Positions 1 through 13,829 of a stretch of 64,000 nt of DNA are shown here, piece by piece. The stretch's first letter is position 1, and every line of letters starts with the position of its first letter. The stretch covers positions 223,448,001-223,512,000 of the forward strand of contig OZ024742.1 of the NCBI GenBank assembly GCA_964016885.1, read 5' to 3'. This DNA comes from Eledone cirrhosa (lineage: Eukaryota). Under the pieces are notes generated by a model, which saw only the letters and a list, made by a program, of their open reading frames with translations, was not told the origin of the DNA and did no database searches. A program made the position numbers and the translations under genes.

Positions 1-3000
1 TTACGACAAGTACAAGACTCAGAATAAAACTAGGAATATTTTTAGTTTGAACAAATAAGAAAATTTAAAAAAATATATAATGAAATGTAATCTAAATATA
101 TCTGGGCTCAATTGCGTTAGAAATAATATTTAATATGATTAAAAGTAGGATATTTAATGTACAAAAACATATATATATTCTAGTCATTTAAGAAAACATT
201 AACCATTACATAATGTTGTTTTTGTTGTTACAGCTCACACCTATGTAGGTTTAGCTGGCCTCCTAAGAAGTTGTATTTCATAGGAGGTTTTTCATCTGTT
301 TATTGATAGAAGCTCCAGTCCTATCATACATACATATATAAGTTGTTGTTACAGCTAACACCTATGTAAGTTTAGCTGTCCTCCTATGAGGTTACAACTC
401 ATAAGAGGTTTTGCTTGTATTTTAATGATAGAGGCCCTAGTCCTCTCAAAAAAAGACTTCCCCTGGAATGGACACAACTCAGTTGCTGCGGTTAGCCTCC
501 AGCTGCTGCAGTTGGTTGCTGTTACAATTCATGTAGGTTACCTCTATATAGGTTTAGATAGCCTCCTATGAGGTTGATCACTTAGGAGGTTTATTGGGTG
601 TTTTTACTCATAGGGTCTTGTATGACCATGCAAAAGCTTCCTCCTGAGGCCAACATCAGTTCATTGCCAGAGTTAACCTCCAACTACTGTTGGTAATTTT
701 TTTTTCAACTGAGTGGACTGGAACAATATGTTGTCAGGTCCAGGAATCAAACCTACAACCTTATAATCACTGCTCAACACTTTAACCACTAGGCCACACA
801 CCTTCATTACACCTTTCCCGTTTAGATATTCTGTCTTACTTTATAGCAACTTACTTTCTAGCAATTCAAATATTATTTTACTCACATTCAACGCATTGTA
901 AAGTGGTTGGTGATTAGAAATGCATCAAGCCACAGAAAACAAGAGGACTTTTCGGTTATGTCAAGAGCACAACAGCCTCTTTTGTGTTGGTGTCATGATA
1001 AACACACCCAGTATACTCTGTAAAGTGGTTGGTGATAGGAAAGGTCTCCAGCCATAGAAAACTTGTCAAACAAAGGATTGAAAGAACTGTTCAGCTGTAT
1101 CAAAGACATGACAACTTTCCTAGAGCTAGTACCACAATGAAATGCACCTGACACTCTCTCTAGAGCACAATTAATGGCTCCAATTAAGTACTGACTTTGT
1201 CTGTGACAACCCATCCCATTTTGCTAGCAAGGTAAATGGATATTAAATGATGATGATGATGATGATACTGTAAATATCACTCATTGAAAGGAATACTACT
1301 TCACTGAATTTTTATTAATTATCTAATTCAGTTTTGCTTACAGATTTGGTGTAACATTTGGATATTAGTTAGTATACCCCCCCCCCCCCGCTAGAATTGG
1401 AACCACACTAAAATGTACCTAGTACATACTGTAAAGTAGTAGTACAGGTACCTTCAATAAAATGCAGCCACTACACACTGTAAGATGGTAGTACAGCAAA
1501 ATATATTCTGTACACGATGTAAAGAAGGGCACCCAACCAGAGAAATCATGCCAAACAAAGGATTGAGAAACCTCTTCAATTGCTTCAAGGACTTGACAAT
1601 CACACTAGAACTGGTGTCATGATAAAATGCACTCAGTACATTCTGTGAAATTAGCATTAGGAAGGGCATCCAATTCAGCCATAGAAAAATCATGCCAAAC
1701 AAATAGTTGAGAGGATTCTTCAGTTACAACAAGAACATATGGTACCACAATAAAATACATCCAGTTCCACTCTGTAAAGGGGTTGGTGTTAGAAAGGGCA
1801 TCCAGCTACAGAAATCAAATCAATAAAAGTGGATAGGATTCTTCAAGTCACATCAAGTACTAGTGACAGCAATAAAATCCCCCCAATATACTCTGTAAAG
1901 TGGTTGGTGTTAGGAGAAACCATATTAAAACTGAAACAAACATAAGCCAGAAGACATGTTCCTTGGCTGATCTATGAGTTCAGTAGCTCCAATTAAGTAT
2001 GGACTTGGTGTGTAATGACCTGTCCAATCTATGCTAGCTTGGTAAAATAGATATATGATGATGATATTAATCAGATATATAACAGTATTTTATGGGATTG
2101 AAAAAAAAACATTTCTCAAGTAGAGAGGAGTGTGTGAACTACAGCTCCATGTAGCTGCTCCTTGTCCAAGAACAAAGCATAATATCCACAGTAAAACCCA
2201 TTGAGGTCATGGGAATTAAGATAATATACTGTTTTTAATGTTCATGGCAATATAATGTTGAAATATAGATTATCATTATCATCACCACCATTATTACCAC
2301 ACCTACCTCCACCATCACCACCACCACCATTATTACCACACCTACCTCCACCATCACCACCACCACCATCACCATCTGTCCACATTTCCAGCTAGCATGG
2401 ATCAAATGGGCTGTTACAGTCTGAGTCAGATTTTATTCAGTTATTGTCATGCTAGACAGGTTGTAGGACCACATCTCACCCGTTCTTTCTACAGACACGT
2501 GTACCCTTAATATAATTCCCAAGTTGAATCAGTATGACACAATATGTGACAAAGCAGAATCTTTGAATTACAGGTGTAGTCCATCTGGTAGTATAGGCTA
2601 AGTGGCTGTGTATTCCAACCACATGTACCCTAAGTGTAATTCCCAGTGCGGTATAATAAATGACAAAACTGGACTTTTGAATTACAAATTCAGTTCATCT
2701 TATATCAAAGTGTAAGTGGCTAAGTATTTCATAGTCACATGTATCCTAAACATAATTCCCAAGCTGAATCAACATGATAAAATCAGTGCAACAGAATATG
2801 TAACAAGTCTAGACCTTTAAACTACAGGTATAATGCATCCAAAGAGCTTCCATAGTTTCCTTTTCCCCACAGTTTCCATCTCCAAGGCTATGGTAAAAAC
2901 ATTTGCTCAAAATGCCATGCAATAGGATCAAATGTGAGATATCATGATTCATCATCATCATCATCATTTAACTTCCATCTTCCACGCTAGCATGGGTAGG

Positions 3001-4057
3001 AGAGATTATAAACAATTATTTATAATTCAAATACAAAAAAAAATAATAATTATTTAAAATATAAACATTAGTGACCTTTCCAAATCTATTTAGTGCTATT
3101 CAATCAAAGACTAAAAGAGCACACACCAATCAATAAAGACTAAATTTAAGACAGAAGATAATCAATAGAACAATATGAAGAGAATAGTAGAAATAAAAAG
3201 AGACCTTTAAGTTTGTTGAGAGCTTTTGTGTGTGTGCATAAGTGTGAATTTGTGTGTATGAGTATGTATGTGTGAGTGTGCATGAGTGTATGTGTGTGTT
3301 TGAGTGTGTGTGTGTGTATTTATTGAGCATAACTTAATTATTTAAAATAACATTTCCACAATAATTTTTCTTTTATTCTTTTATTGGTTTTAGGCATTAG
3401 ACTGTGGCCATGCTGGGACACCACCTTGATCTGGTCAATCATATCAATCCCAGTACTTATTTTTTGAAGTCCAGTATATATTTTATTGGTCTCTTTTTTT
3501 CTTGATCTGCTAAGTTACAAGACATAAACACAGACACGGACACACACACACATACATACATATACATACAACAGGCTCCTGCAGTTTCCATCTTCCAAAT
3601 TCCACTGACAATGTATTGGTCAACTAGAGGTTGTAGTAGAAAACACTTGTCTAAGATACCACATAGTGGGATTGAACCCAGAATCATGTGGTTGTAAAGC
3701 AAACTCCTTAACCATACAGCCATGCCTACACTGAGACATTTTATAAATAGAACAAATTTGTTTTATACATTTGCCTCTTCTGATTGGCAGGCTTCAAAAA
3801 AGGAAAATGCCTACAACCTTATGATCTAACCACCAAGCAATATGCCTAATTTCTTGAGGAAGAATTCTATAGTCAGATGCCCTCTCAGATGCCAACCCTC
3901 ATTTATCTCCTTATAATATATAACCAGCAATTTCTCTGTCTGTCTGTCTGACAGTGGAAACACGTGCGCGCGTGCGAATGTTTTTTGCGCACGCGTAGAG
4001 AGAGAGACTACAAGAGGGGGATAGCGGGAGGGAGAGAGGGGGAATTGAGAAGTGCTA

Positions 4058-4142
4058 CAGAAACATATATACATTTCTGTGTGTGTGTAATATATATATA
4101 TATATACACACACAGAAATATATATACATTTCTGTGTGTGTA

Positions 4143-4175
<33 letters not shown>

Positions 4176-4292
4176 GAAATATATATATATTTCCGTGTGT
4201 GTATATATATATATATATATTTCTGTGTGTATATATATATATATTACACACACAGAAATGTATATATATATACACACAGAAATATATATACA
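4058..4292. repeat. Palindromic minisatellite (cacacagaaatatatatacatttctgtgtgtgta + (ta)n), array 1
   Basis: About 4-5 self-complementary units separated by variable (TA)n. Confidence 0.85.
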
Positions 4293-4527
4293 TCCCTTAG
4301 CTACTGTACTGTATCTGTTGCTATCTCTCTCCAGCTATCCCTCTCTTTTAGTCTGTCTCTTTCTCTCACTCTCACTCTTTGTAACACACTAACATTCCTC
4401 CCCTCTATCGCTGTGACGAATGGGGAGATGGAGGAGGAGGAGGAGGAGAGAGTCACTTCGTCACTTCGTCACTTCACCTCTGCCTTTCTTTCTCTCCCCT
4501 CTCACTCCCTCATTACGTACAGACATT

Positions 4528-4720
4528 AGGGCGGTGGATTGGCAGAATCTGTAGAGAGTCGGACACCATGCTTCATAGCATGGAGTTACGTCCCTTTACG
4601 GTATGAGTTCAAATACCGCCGAGGTTAACTTTTCCTTTCATCCTCATGGGGTCGATAAAATAAAGTACCAGTAATGTACTGGGTAATTGCTGGCCTTGTG
4701 CCAAAAGTAGAAACAATTAT
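4528..4720 (+). mobile_element. tRNA-derived SINE with Meta/Sauria-like central domain
   Basis: A-box-like ggcggtggattggcag, B-box gagttcaaatacc, central gaggttaacttttcctttcatcc...ggggtcgataaaataaagtaccag, tail ggccttgtgccaaaagtagaaacaatt. The same family recurs more than 12 times in the window. Confidence 0.85.
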
Positions 4721-4839
4721 TAGAAACATTGCTTCATTTCTATATATCTAAGCATTAGTAAAATAACTAATAATTTCAAAAGTAATTTTTCAATTCCAAT
4801 TGTTATGAACAGCAAAACATTAATAATAATTTTGTTCTA

Positions 4840-5066
4840 AGAAATATATATACATTTCTGTGTGTGTAATATATATATATATATATACACACACAGAAAT
4901 ATATATACATTTCTGTGTGTGTAATATATATATATACACACAGAAATATATATACATTTCTGTGTGTGTAATATATATATATATACACACAGAAATATAT
5001 ATACATTTCTGTGTGTGTAATATATATATATACACACACAGAAATATATATACATTTCTGTGTGTG

Positions 5067-5119
<53 letters not shown>

Positions 5120-5140
5120 GAAATATATGGGCATTTCTCT
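4840..5140. repeat. Palindromic minisatellite, array 2
   Basis: About 6 units of the same motif as 4058-4292. Confidence 0.85.
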
Positions 5141-5665
5141 GTTTGTCTGTCTGTCTGTCCTTCCCTAAAACTCAAATGTAGGTGCTACAGAAATATTACC
5201 TTCCCCTTCCTTTCTCCACTTTGGTACTACCAAGAGAAACACTGTTGCTATAGAAACATTACCTTCCCCTCTCCACTGACTTTGGTCACTGAGGCCGAGG
5301 GAATCGCTGGTTGCTGTAGAGACACCTTGCACAAGCCAGAAGTAACCAGTTCGAGGCGGTTCTGACTTGACACCATGCCAAGGACCATTTGAAGATATAT
5401 TTCCATCGTTATATCATAACGTTTATGTATCATAACGTTTATATTTCCGTCACTAATCTCTTTTTCTCCTTTTTCGTTTTAACATATATTTATTTCAAAG
5501 ATTTCACCGTATAGATAACATATATATTTATACATGCATAAAAGACACACCGAGAGACGGTGAACATTTGGTGCCGAAAAGATTTCTCATCCAAATCTCA
5601 ACAATATCAGTATATACACTAGATTTGCTAGCAGAAAACCGCTCACCGGGTGGTTTTCTGCTAGT

Positions 5666-6818
5666 TATATATATAAAACAGAGGATATCTGTCTGTCTGT
5701 GTAAATCTCTAAAACTCGAGAAGTACCTGACCGATTTTTCAAACTTTACACATGCGTTACTTATGTTTCTTGACATGCAATGGGCTAAAAACATTTAAAC
5801 TATTTCTGCATTAGGCGAAAAACCACATTTTTTAGGCATTTTTAGGTATAACTTAAAGATAATCCAGCCGATTTCCTCGAAATTTGCAGCACACATTAGT
5901 TAGTCCCCTCGCATTGCTGTGGACAAAAAAAAATGTCTGATTCCATTAATGGTTTCTGGAAAATTTACGAATTAGCATTGGGCATTACATGCCATTTTCA
6001 TTTTCAATATAAACGCTACTTAAACATCATAAGTAGCGTATAATATTTCGTTAAAAATTTGGTTTATTTAACAGAGGACACAACACTTACTTACTTTTAG
6101 GCAGGACCATTTTCGGGGGTTTGAGGAAATGAGGAGGACCTTAAAATTTTTGTCGGCGCCCTGTTGACACTTCGTGCTTTCATCACGCGCAAATCCGGGC
6201 CCTGTGTATGTTGCCGTGTTATTGACACCGTAAAACTCACGTCTGTGCTACTTCTACTACGACCCCTTTTGTTGCACCTACACCGCAGTATGAACGCCCT
6301 ACGCAAGTACGCCGAACAGTGGTTGTGCTAATTCCGCGGTGACCCCTTTTGTCGCACCTTTGTTGCTGTGTAAACGCAGTGCAACCAGTGCCGCTCAGCG
6401 TTTGTGCTAATTGCACTATGACCCCTTCTGTTACAGTTGTGTTGCCACGCTGATTTCGTCATCTCAATATCCCTACTTAAATGTACATCCCTACTTGGTT
6501 TTCACACAATTGACTATGTCGCTGCTTCAGACTGACGTGTATTCCCTATCTGTGACATAATTCGCGAACAGACTTACGACATACATCGGCCCCACAACAC
6601 TCACTTACTCCTTTCGCAAACAGGATTTTCGCAATCAACCCACTGACATGCTACTACTGGATTCGGCCTGCTGGTGTTCTATGTTTCCAGTAGATGAACA
6701 ATCATTCCCTGAGAATAAGGGAATTCAAAAAGTACACAGCTACATTCCTCAATTTTTGCATATGCGTGTTGCTATTTCATGTTTCCTACTCCGTGCAACG
6801 CCGGGTCCTGCTGCTAGT
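5666..6818 (+). mobile_element. Non-autonomous Helitron-like element 2
   Basis: Starts tatatatataaaacagagg with a (tctg)n tract. Ends ccgtgcaacgccggg hairpin then CTAGT (6814-6818). CpG-rich interior with about 3 sub-repeats at 6240-6440. Confidence 0.7.
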
Positions 6819-8261
6819 TTTATATATAAAATAGATTCAATAGAAAGAAATATGGGCGGAGAGATGTAAAATATTGGATACAAGTAGAGGCAGAGTATAG
6901 TTAGAAAGGACTGCACACCAGAATATCACAATGAAGATGATGATGATAATAATGAGAATTATGACAATGATGATGATAATGGTGATGATGATTATGACAA
7001 ATGTTGATTACGATTGTAACAATGATACCGATAATGATTATTATAGTGATTTGACGCTGATTAAAATGATAACTATGATGGTGATGGTGATGATGATGAC
7101 CTTCAGTTAAAGTAGTGAATATAAATCACACAAAGTATTTTTTTATTGTCCCTAGAACCCCAAGAATGTAATGATGATAATGATGTCTAAAAAGAAATAA
7201 TTGAGTCATCAAGACAAGGGAGGAAAGACATTCCTTTCTCTACACAATACCTCCAATTGTTAACTTGTGACTTGATAGTAATATGATCTAAGTCTGGCCC
7301 CATTTTATTTCTATCAAGTTGACACCTATACCACTAAGTATTGCAACTAATTATATATTTTAACCCTTTCATTACCGTATTCTGAACAAAAGACACTACC
7401 TATGATTTTCAAATATTTTGAAAAATAATCAGGAATTTAGCAAACTTTCTCAATATTAAGTTGGTGTTTGGAACAAAACTTAAAAGCTCTTATATGAAAT
7501 TATAATGGAAGGTTTTTTGATAAATATAAACACTTTAACCCCCCTACCATATTTCTAACTGATATTTCAAGTCATTTTGAAAATAATAAAAAATTCAGAA
7601 GAATTTAGAAATACAACTTTTTCTTTATTAAACTGGTGTTTGGAACAAAGGTTCTTACCTAAAATTATGATGGAAGGGCTTCAGTTAAATATAAATACTT
7701 AAAAAGAACCAGAAGCAATTTAGTATTAAAAGGGTTTCACTACCTATATGAGCAAGACATGGTCACCCGACACAACTTGCCTCAAAATAGGATCCGTCTA
7801 ACCCATGCTAGCATGGAAGATGGGCGTTAATCGATGATGATGATGATGATGATGATGACATTGACTCCAGTACTTATTTTCTTTCCATTCTGATACTTAT
7901 TTTATCCATCTCTTTTTGTCAAACTGCTTGCTTATAGGATGTAAACAAACACAAACAGACTCACACACACATATTTGACTGTATCACATTAAAACTTAAG
8001 TCTTTATTCTAACATTTGTCCACAAGTAAAGATACTATAAATATAACAAACGTGTTTTTAGATATTTTCTGCCAAATCACATGAGGATGATTACAACTGA
8101 CCACAATTTGAGGTGACTTGGAGTACCTCTCTCATTGTAACTGACAACACTGGAGGTGTCTTAAGATAATCTCTTTCTTTATAACTGACTACAACACAAG
8201 AGATGTCTTAACTCTTCTGATACTAAGCTATCTGAAACTATCCTTAGCTCCATGATACAAA

Positions 8262-8660
8262 CACCCCAAGTAACCAGCAATACACCAGGTCCCAACAAGG
8301 CTACAAGTCACCAACAATACATCAGGCCCCAATAAGACAACCAGTAACCAGCAGTACAGCAGGCCCCAACAAAACAAACTAGTAACCAGCAGTACAGCAG
8401 GCCCCAACAAAACAACCTGTAACCAACAGTACAGCAGGCCCCAACAAAACAACCAGTAACCAGCAGTACAGCAGGCCCCAACAAGACAGCTAGTAACCAG
8501 TAATACAGTAGACCCCAACAGAACAGCCAGAAACCAGCAATATACGAGACCCCAAAACTCAGTAACCAGTAATACAGCAGGCCCCAATAGCAAGTAACCA
8601 GTAATACAACAGTTCCCAACAAGACAACAAGTAAGCAGCAATACACAGGCTCTGAACAAC
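8262..8660. repeat. Minisatellite, about 39-bp unit (ccagtaaccagcagtacagcaggccccaacaaaacaa)
   Basis: About 10 degenerate copies. Explains the repetitive ORFs at 8228-8668. Confidence 0.85.
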
Positions 8661-9056
8661 CACTTCATTTGTTGGAAGTTACAAAAGAATCGAAAATTTA
8701 CTGAGATGCTTCCCTATAAAATCAGAAAGGGGATAGCAACAGATTAAAAAAAAAAATAGAATATCTTTTTCATTGATTTCTATCCTACTTCAATATAATC
8801 CAGGTATTTATTTTACTGACACTGTTGACATGAAAGGATGTCAGACCTTCTTATGTCTTAAACTTTAAACTGATGGGAATAAACTTCCTAGTACAAAGGA
8901 TCCTATCAGAAGCCCTACTACAAAATGGCTCTAGCATTTAACACTTTGACACTACCCCTGTCTCTTTTAGAGTGTTTATATTTATCTCAAACACTTCCAT
9001 CATAATTTCATGTAAGAAAATTTGTTTATATATATATATTTATATATATGTATATA

Positions 9057-9340
9057 TACAGTTGTTCCCCGCTATTCGCAGGAATTACGTTCCTAGAGCA
9101 CCTGTGAGTAGTGAAAAACCGAGAATATTGGACGAGGTCTATAAAAATGCCTATAAACGTCAAAATATAACATTAAACATAATTTTAAAAAGAGGGGCGT
9201 CCAATAGGCCAGCAAATATGGTATATTGTTATTAATAATTTAGTGTTCAAAAAATATATATTGCCACAAAAAAAGCCATTAAAAAAATTGTGGAAGATAT
9301 TTACAATTCCGCTAATATGTGGTGGTTTCCACGAACAATT
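9057..9340. mobile_element. pogo/Tigger-like MITE fragment
   Basis: TA followed by cagttgttccccgctattcgc, resembling Tigger termini. The other end is not clearly identifiable. Confidence 0.4.
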
Positions 9341-10462
9341 ATTAGTTAGGTTGTAAGAAAAATTCTGCAAATATCCAGGACTGCACATGTCAGGACCGTG
9401 AATGCTGGGCTAACATGGAAGGTGGACATTAAATGATGATGATGATGATTATAATAGTATTAATGAGAGTAAATATACTCATTTACTAGTTGTTTTTTTA
9501 GCGCAATGCAATGAGGAACCTGCAGAGCTGTTATATATTTATAGTATGTTTACAAACCAAAGAATTTAAGACATTTATGACTGCAAGTGGCTTATTAGTC
9601 CTACTAGGGACTTGCCTATGGCTAGCAATATCATGCATCACAAAAACTGTCACATATCAAGCGATCTTGTGCTTTTTTAAGTGAGGAAAGGCTTCACACG
9701 GGGCTAATCCCACTCTCTGAACATGGAATGCATTTGTCCAAAAAGAACTGGTTTACATCATTAAATGCAAACAAAGTTGCAGGTTTTATATCAGAGGGAC
9801 CTTCTCCGAGAGAGATGTCTTAATGAAGACAAGGAGTCTTTCACTCAACAAAAAAAAAACTTTATTGGGTTACCAATGACTCTCCCGAGTTCCTCCGCCC
9901 ATTGACAGGTTTTGTTTTTCATCCTGCAAGCTTGGTGGTACCCAGTATTCACTGTAAATGTGGTTGGCATTGGGAAGGGCATCCAGCATTAGAAACCAAG
10001 CCCAAATCAGTTCTGTATGAGCAAGACATGGTCACTTGACCTGGCATTTCTCAGAGCAGGACAACTTGTCTAATCCATGCTAGCGTGGAAAAATGGATGT
10101 TAAATGGTGATGATGAATGATATCAATTTGAATAAAAAAGAGTCCGACATAGTTAAAATCATTCAAATGAATAAAAAATATATATGGTTGAAGACAGGAA
10201 AATGAACATACACAGACAGTCTCACCTCATCAGTCAATTGCTAGAGATACATTGTTCAGTGCTTCAACATCAATACAACTAGCTCCAGTGCAGAAGAGAC
10301 AGTAACAAATGGACAAAAGACAAGATGATAGTCTTTCAACTATTTACAAATAAGAGAAATTATGTTACTAACTCATGAGATATCAACGAGGTCAAACATA
10401 TTGATTAGCCAAGAAGCAGTAAAAGAGAAGGTGGAAGATAGAAAGAATATACAAATATTAAT

Positions 10463-10626
10463 TGTTTTTACTTTTGGCACAAGGCCAGCAATTACCCAGT
10501 GCATTACTGGTACTTTATTTTATCGACCCCGTAAGGATGAAAGGCAAAGTTAACCTCGGCGGGATTTGAACTCAGAATGGAAAGGGCCGTAACTCTTTGC
10601 GTCAATACTGCCAATCCACCGCCTTA
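10463..10626 (-). mobile_element. SINE (Meta-like) with TSD
   Basis: Reverse complement of the 4528 family, flanked by atatacaaa(t/c)attaat on both sides. Confidence 0.85.
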
Positions 10627-11840
10627 TATATACAAACATTAATAAAAGTATTTTCCTTCTGTTTGGATGTTAAGAAGACTGACACAATAAGTAGAGAGAG
10701 AGAGTGAATGAAGAAAGAAATGTGGAGGTGTAAGATAAAAACATATCAATTTGAAAAGAGGCCGCCTAGCTAAAATCATACAAATGAATAAAAAATATAT
10801 GGACGAAGATGAAACAGGAAAATGAACAAACATAGACAGTCCCATATAATATTAATAAAGAGGAGCAGGAACGATGTATCAGTATAACATGATTATATAT
10901 ATAATCATCATCATCATTTAATGTCTGTTTTCTCTGCTAACAAGAGTTGCACAGGTAATCACAAACAGTGCTAGTGCTTATTCAGAGCTATTGACCTGAT
11001 GTTCCTGCACTTTACTATGCACATAGTACATTATGTTATGGTACCATCTACTTTCGACACAAGGCCAGAAATTACTCCCAGTGCATTACTGGTGCTTTAT
11101 TTTATCGACCTCATAGGATGAAAGGCAAAGTTAACCGTGGCAGGATTTTTTATGATCTGCGTTCAAATTCTGCCGAGGTTAACTTTGCCTTTCATCCTGC
11201 ATATATCCATAGGACTCCAATCACCTCTCCTGTATTTGACCTCTCTTATACCCAGTTTCTCTCTGAGTTCATTGACACTTTGCCGTTCATGCACAATTAT
11301 CACAGTAAGATGTCAATCATCTGTGAAGATGGAGCAGTCATCATCTATGTATATAAAGGTTTAGGTGTACAAACAGGTAAAGAAACTCCATATATGGGTA
11401 GAATGATACATATTTTTTAATAATTCTAAAGTTATACTAGTGACTTGAAGGCGATGAGTTTCCATATCAAACTGATTGACAAATGCTATTATGCACAAAA
11501 CTCCTGGCCTTAAAGTCACTGGTAGAGCTTTACAGCTATAATAAAATACCACTCAACCCATGTGCTGAGTTCTGTTTCTCCCATTTTTACACCAAAACCT
11601 ATATATATATCCATGTTCCATGCTGGCATAGGTTGATTGGGATTTCATGCTCTGAGACTAGATAGGTCAGATGTCCACATCTTGTTCATATGTTCCAGTT
11701 TGGCATGATTTCTACAGCTGGATGCTCTTCCTAACACCAACCATGATACTGTGTGTACTGGGTGAATTTTATCATGACACTAGTACCACCATTTGCAGAG
11801 TGCACTAGGGGCATTCTGGTATGATATTAACACTAGTGCA

Positions 11841-13810
11841 ATCATCATCATCATCATCATTTTACGTCCACTTTTCCCTGCTTGCAAGGGTGGGACGGGT
11901 CCTATTCAGCACAGCATCTCTTCACTTGTCACGGTCCTTCGTCATCTCCTCTGTGAGTTTCAGCGATCTGAGGTCTGCTCTCACCACCTCCGCCCATGTT
12001 TTTCATGGTCTTCCTCTACTGCTTCTTCCTTCTACTGGGATTTCTTGGCACTTCTTTACCCAGCGGTCATCCTCCATGTGCATCACATGTCCATACCATT
12101 TCAGTCTTCTCTCCTGCACACCACAACTTATGCCTCTTATACCCAGTTTCTTTCTCAACTCATCTATGCTTGGTCATTCATGCACATTGACATTGCACAT
12201 CCAACGGAGCATGCTTGCTTCATTTCTCTCCAGCCATTGCATATCCTCTGCAGTTGCTGCCCATGTCTCACTACTATGCAGCATCGCGCATCTCACACAA
12301 GCATCATATAACCGTCCTTTTGTATGCAGGGAGAAACCCTTCTTTGTCAACAGAGGAAGCAGCTCCCTAAACTTCTTCCAATCCATCCTTATTCTAGATA
12401 CTATGGCCTCGGAACATGCTAATCTGATCACCTAGGTACCGGAAGCTATCAACCACTTCTATAGAACCCACCTGCATTGGAAAAATGTGTATCACTGCTA
12501 TTAATACTGCCAACTTTTCCTGTACATCTACTGCATACGTAGTTTTCCCTATCTGTTAGTTTGCCTGCTATTCCACTACATCTCTCGTGTACTCAAGATC
12601 TGCATTGCGTACATTTTATGGAATTTATGCCAGTTCCTTTTCTACATATTGAACATGGTCATTTCCCAGATGGAATAAGAGTATTGTCTTCTCTTCTACT
12701 TATCAACACTTTTATCTTAGCTATGTTCACTCTTCTACTTATCAACACTTTTGTCTTAGCTATGTTCACTCTCAGTCCTCTTGATTCCAACTGCTGTTTC
12801 CATAGCCAGAATTTATTCTCTAGCACCTCTACTGATTCTGCTATAAGAACCAGATCATCAGCATAGAGAAGTTCCCATGGGCATCCAGTCTTAAACTCCT
12901 CTGTTATGGCTTAGAGGACTATAATGAACAAGAGCGGGCTGAGGAACGAACCCTGATGTACGCCTACTTGTATCTGGAATTCCTCACTAAACTCCATTCC
13001 TACCCTCACTTTACTGACAGCACCCCTGTACATAGCTTGAACTGTCCTCACAAGCCATTCCTCTACACCTAGTTTCCTTAGGGACCACCAGATGACAGAT
13101 CGGGGTACCCTCTCTTGTAGTTGTCTCACTAAGAAGAGGGCATCTGTTGTACTTTTCCGAGGCACAAAACCAACTGCATCTCATCTAATTTTACCCTTTC
13201 TCTAATCAGTTGCGCTAATATTCTCTCTCTGCCACTATCATCACCTGATCCATCAGCCCCTATAATTGCTCCTCTCCAGAGCATCCCCTTTACCTTTGTA
13301 ATAATTTATGAGAATACTGTTGCACCAGTCTTTGGGTATGACACCACCATATATAGCTTGATTGATGATGCGTGCAACCATTTTATTGCTTACTTCTCCT
13401 GATGCTTTCAGCATCTCAGCAACTATCCCCGATGATCCAGCAGCCTTACCATTCTTCATTTCCTTAATTGCCTCTTGTACCCTATATTCGTCAATCTCAA
13501 TAACTGGTCCCTCTGTCGGGTCTTCAGGGGATAATTTCTCTCTCTCCCATTCATTCTCCACATTCATCAGTCTTTCATAATGACATTTCCAGGCCTCCTT
13601 TTTTGATCATTCATGACACTAAGTACACCGGCATCATTCCAGACACACTTATCTCCAACAACATCCTGATTTGCACTGACACACTGCCTTGCAATGCGGA
13701 ACACCGCATGTCTTTGATCTTCCCGTCGCAGAACATTGGCAAACCTCCTACTCTCAGCCTCCCTGCGTGCTAAGTACACTTGACGTCTAGCTTCTCTCTT
13801 AGCGTGTATC
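11841..13810 (-). mobile_element. Degraded, 5'-truncated RTE-clade LINE
   Basis: Frameshifted RT pieces (GKAAGSSGIVAEML, STTDALFLVRQLQE, GVHQGSFLSPLLF, LYDACVRCAMLHSSETW) and a (CAT)n tail at 11841. Confidence 0.92.
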
Positions 13811-13829
13811 CTTCTCTACTCCCTGTTTC

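Larger units (their letters stand above)
3907..5665 (+). mobile_element. Non-autonomous Helitron-like element 1, with palindromic minisatellite arrays and a nested SINE
   Basis: 5' end reads tataatatataaccagc followed by (tctg)n. 3' end is the hairpin ctagcagaaaacc...ggttttctgctag ending in CTAGT (5661-5665). No TSD seen. Internal boundaries uncertain. Confidence 0.55.

Noticed and set aside
4528-4620. tRNA gene
   Set aside because: A/B boxes belong to a SINE head; no complete cloverleaf.
3826-5365. Many ORFs rich in YI/HT/CV
   Set aside because: Translations of (TA)n/(CA)n minisatellites.
8228-8668. Hydrophobic, membrane-protein-like ORFs
   Set aside because: Products of a minisatellite of about 39 bp; no splice or homology support.
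10119-10850. Diverged direct repeat with a minus-strand CTGATGA near 10226-10232
   Set aside because: No stem II or GAAA at a suitable spacing, so not counted as a hammerhead.
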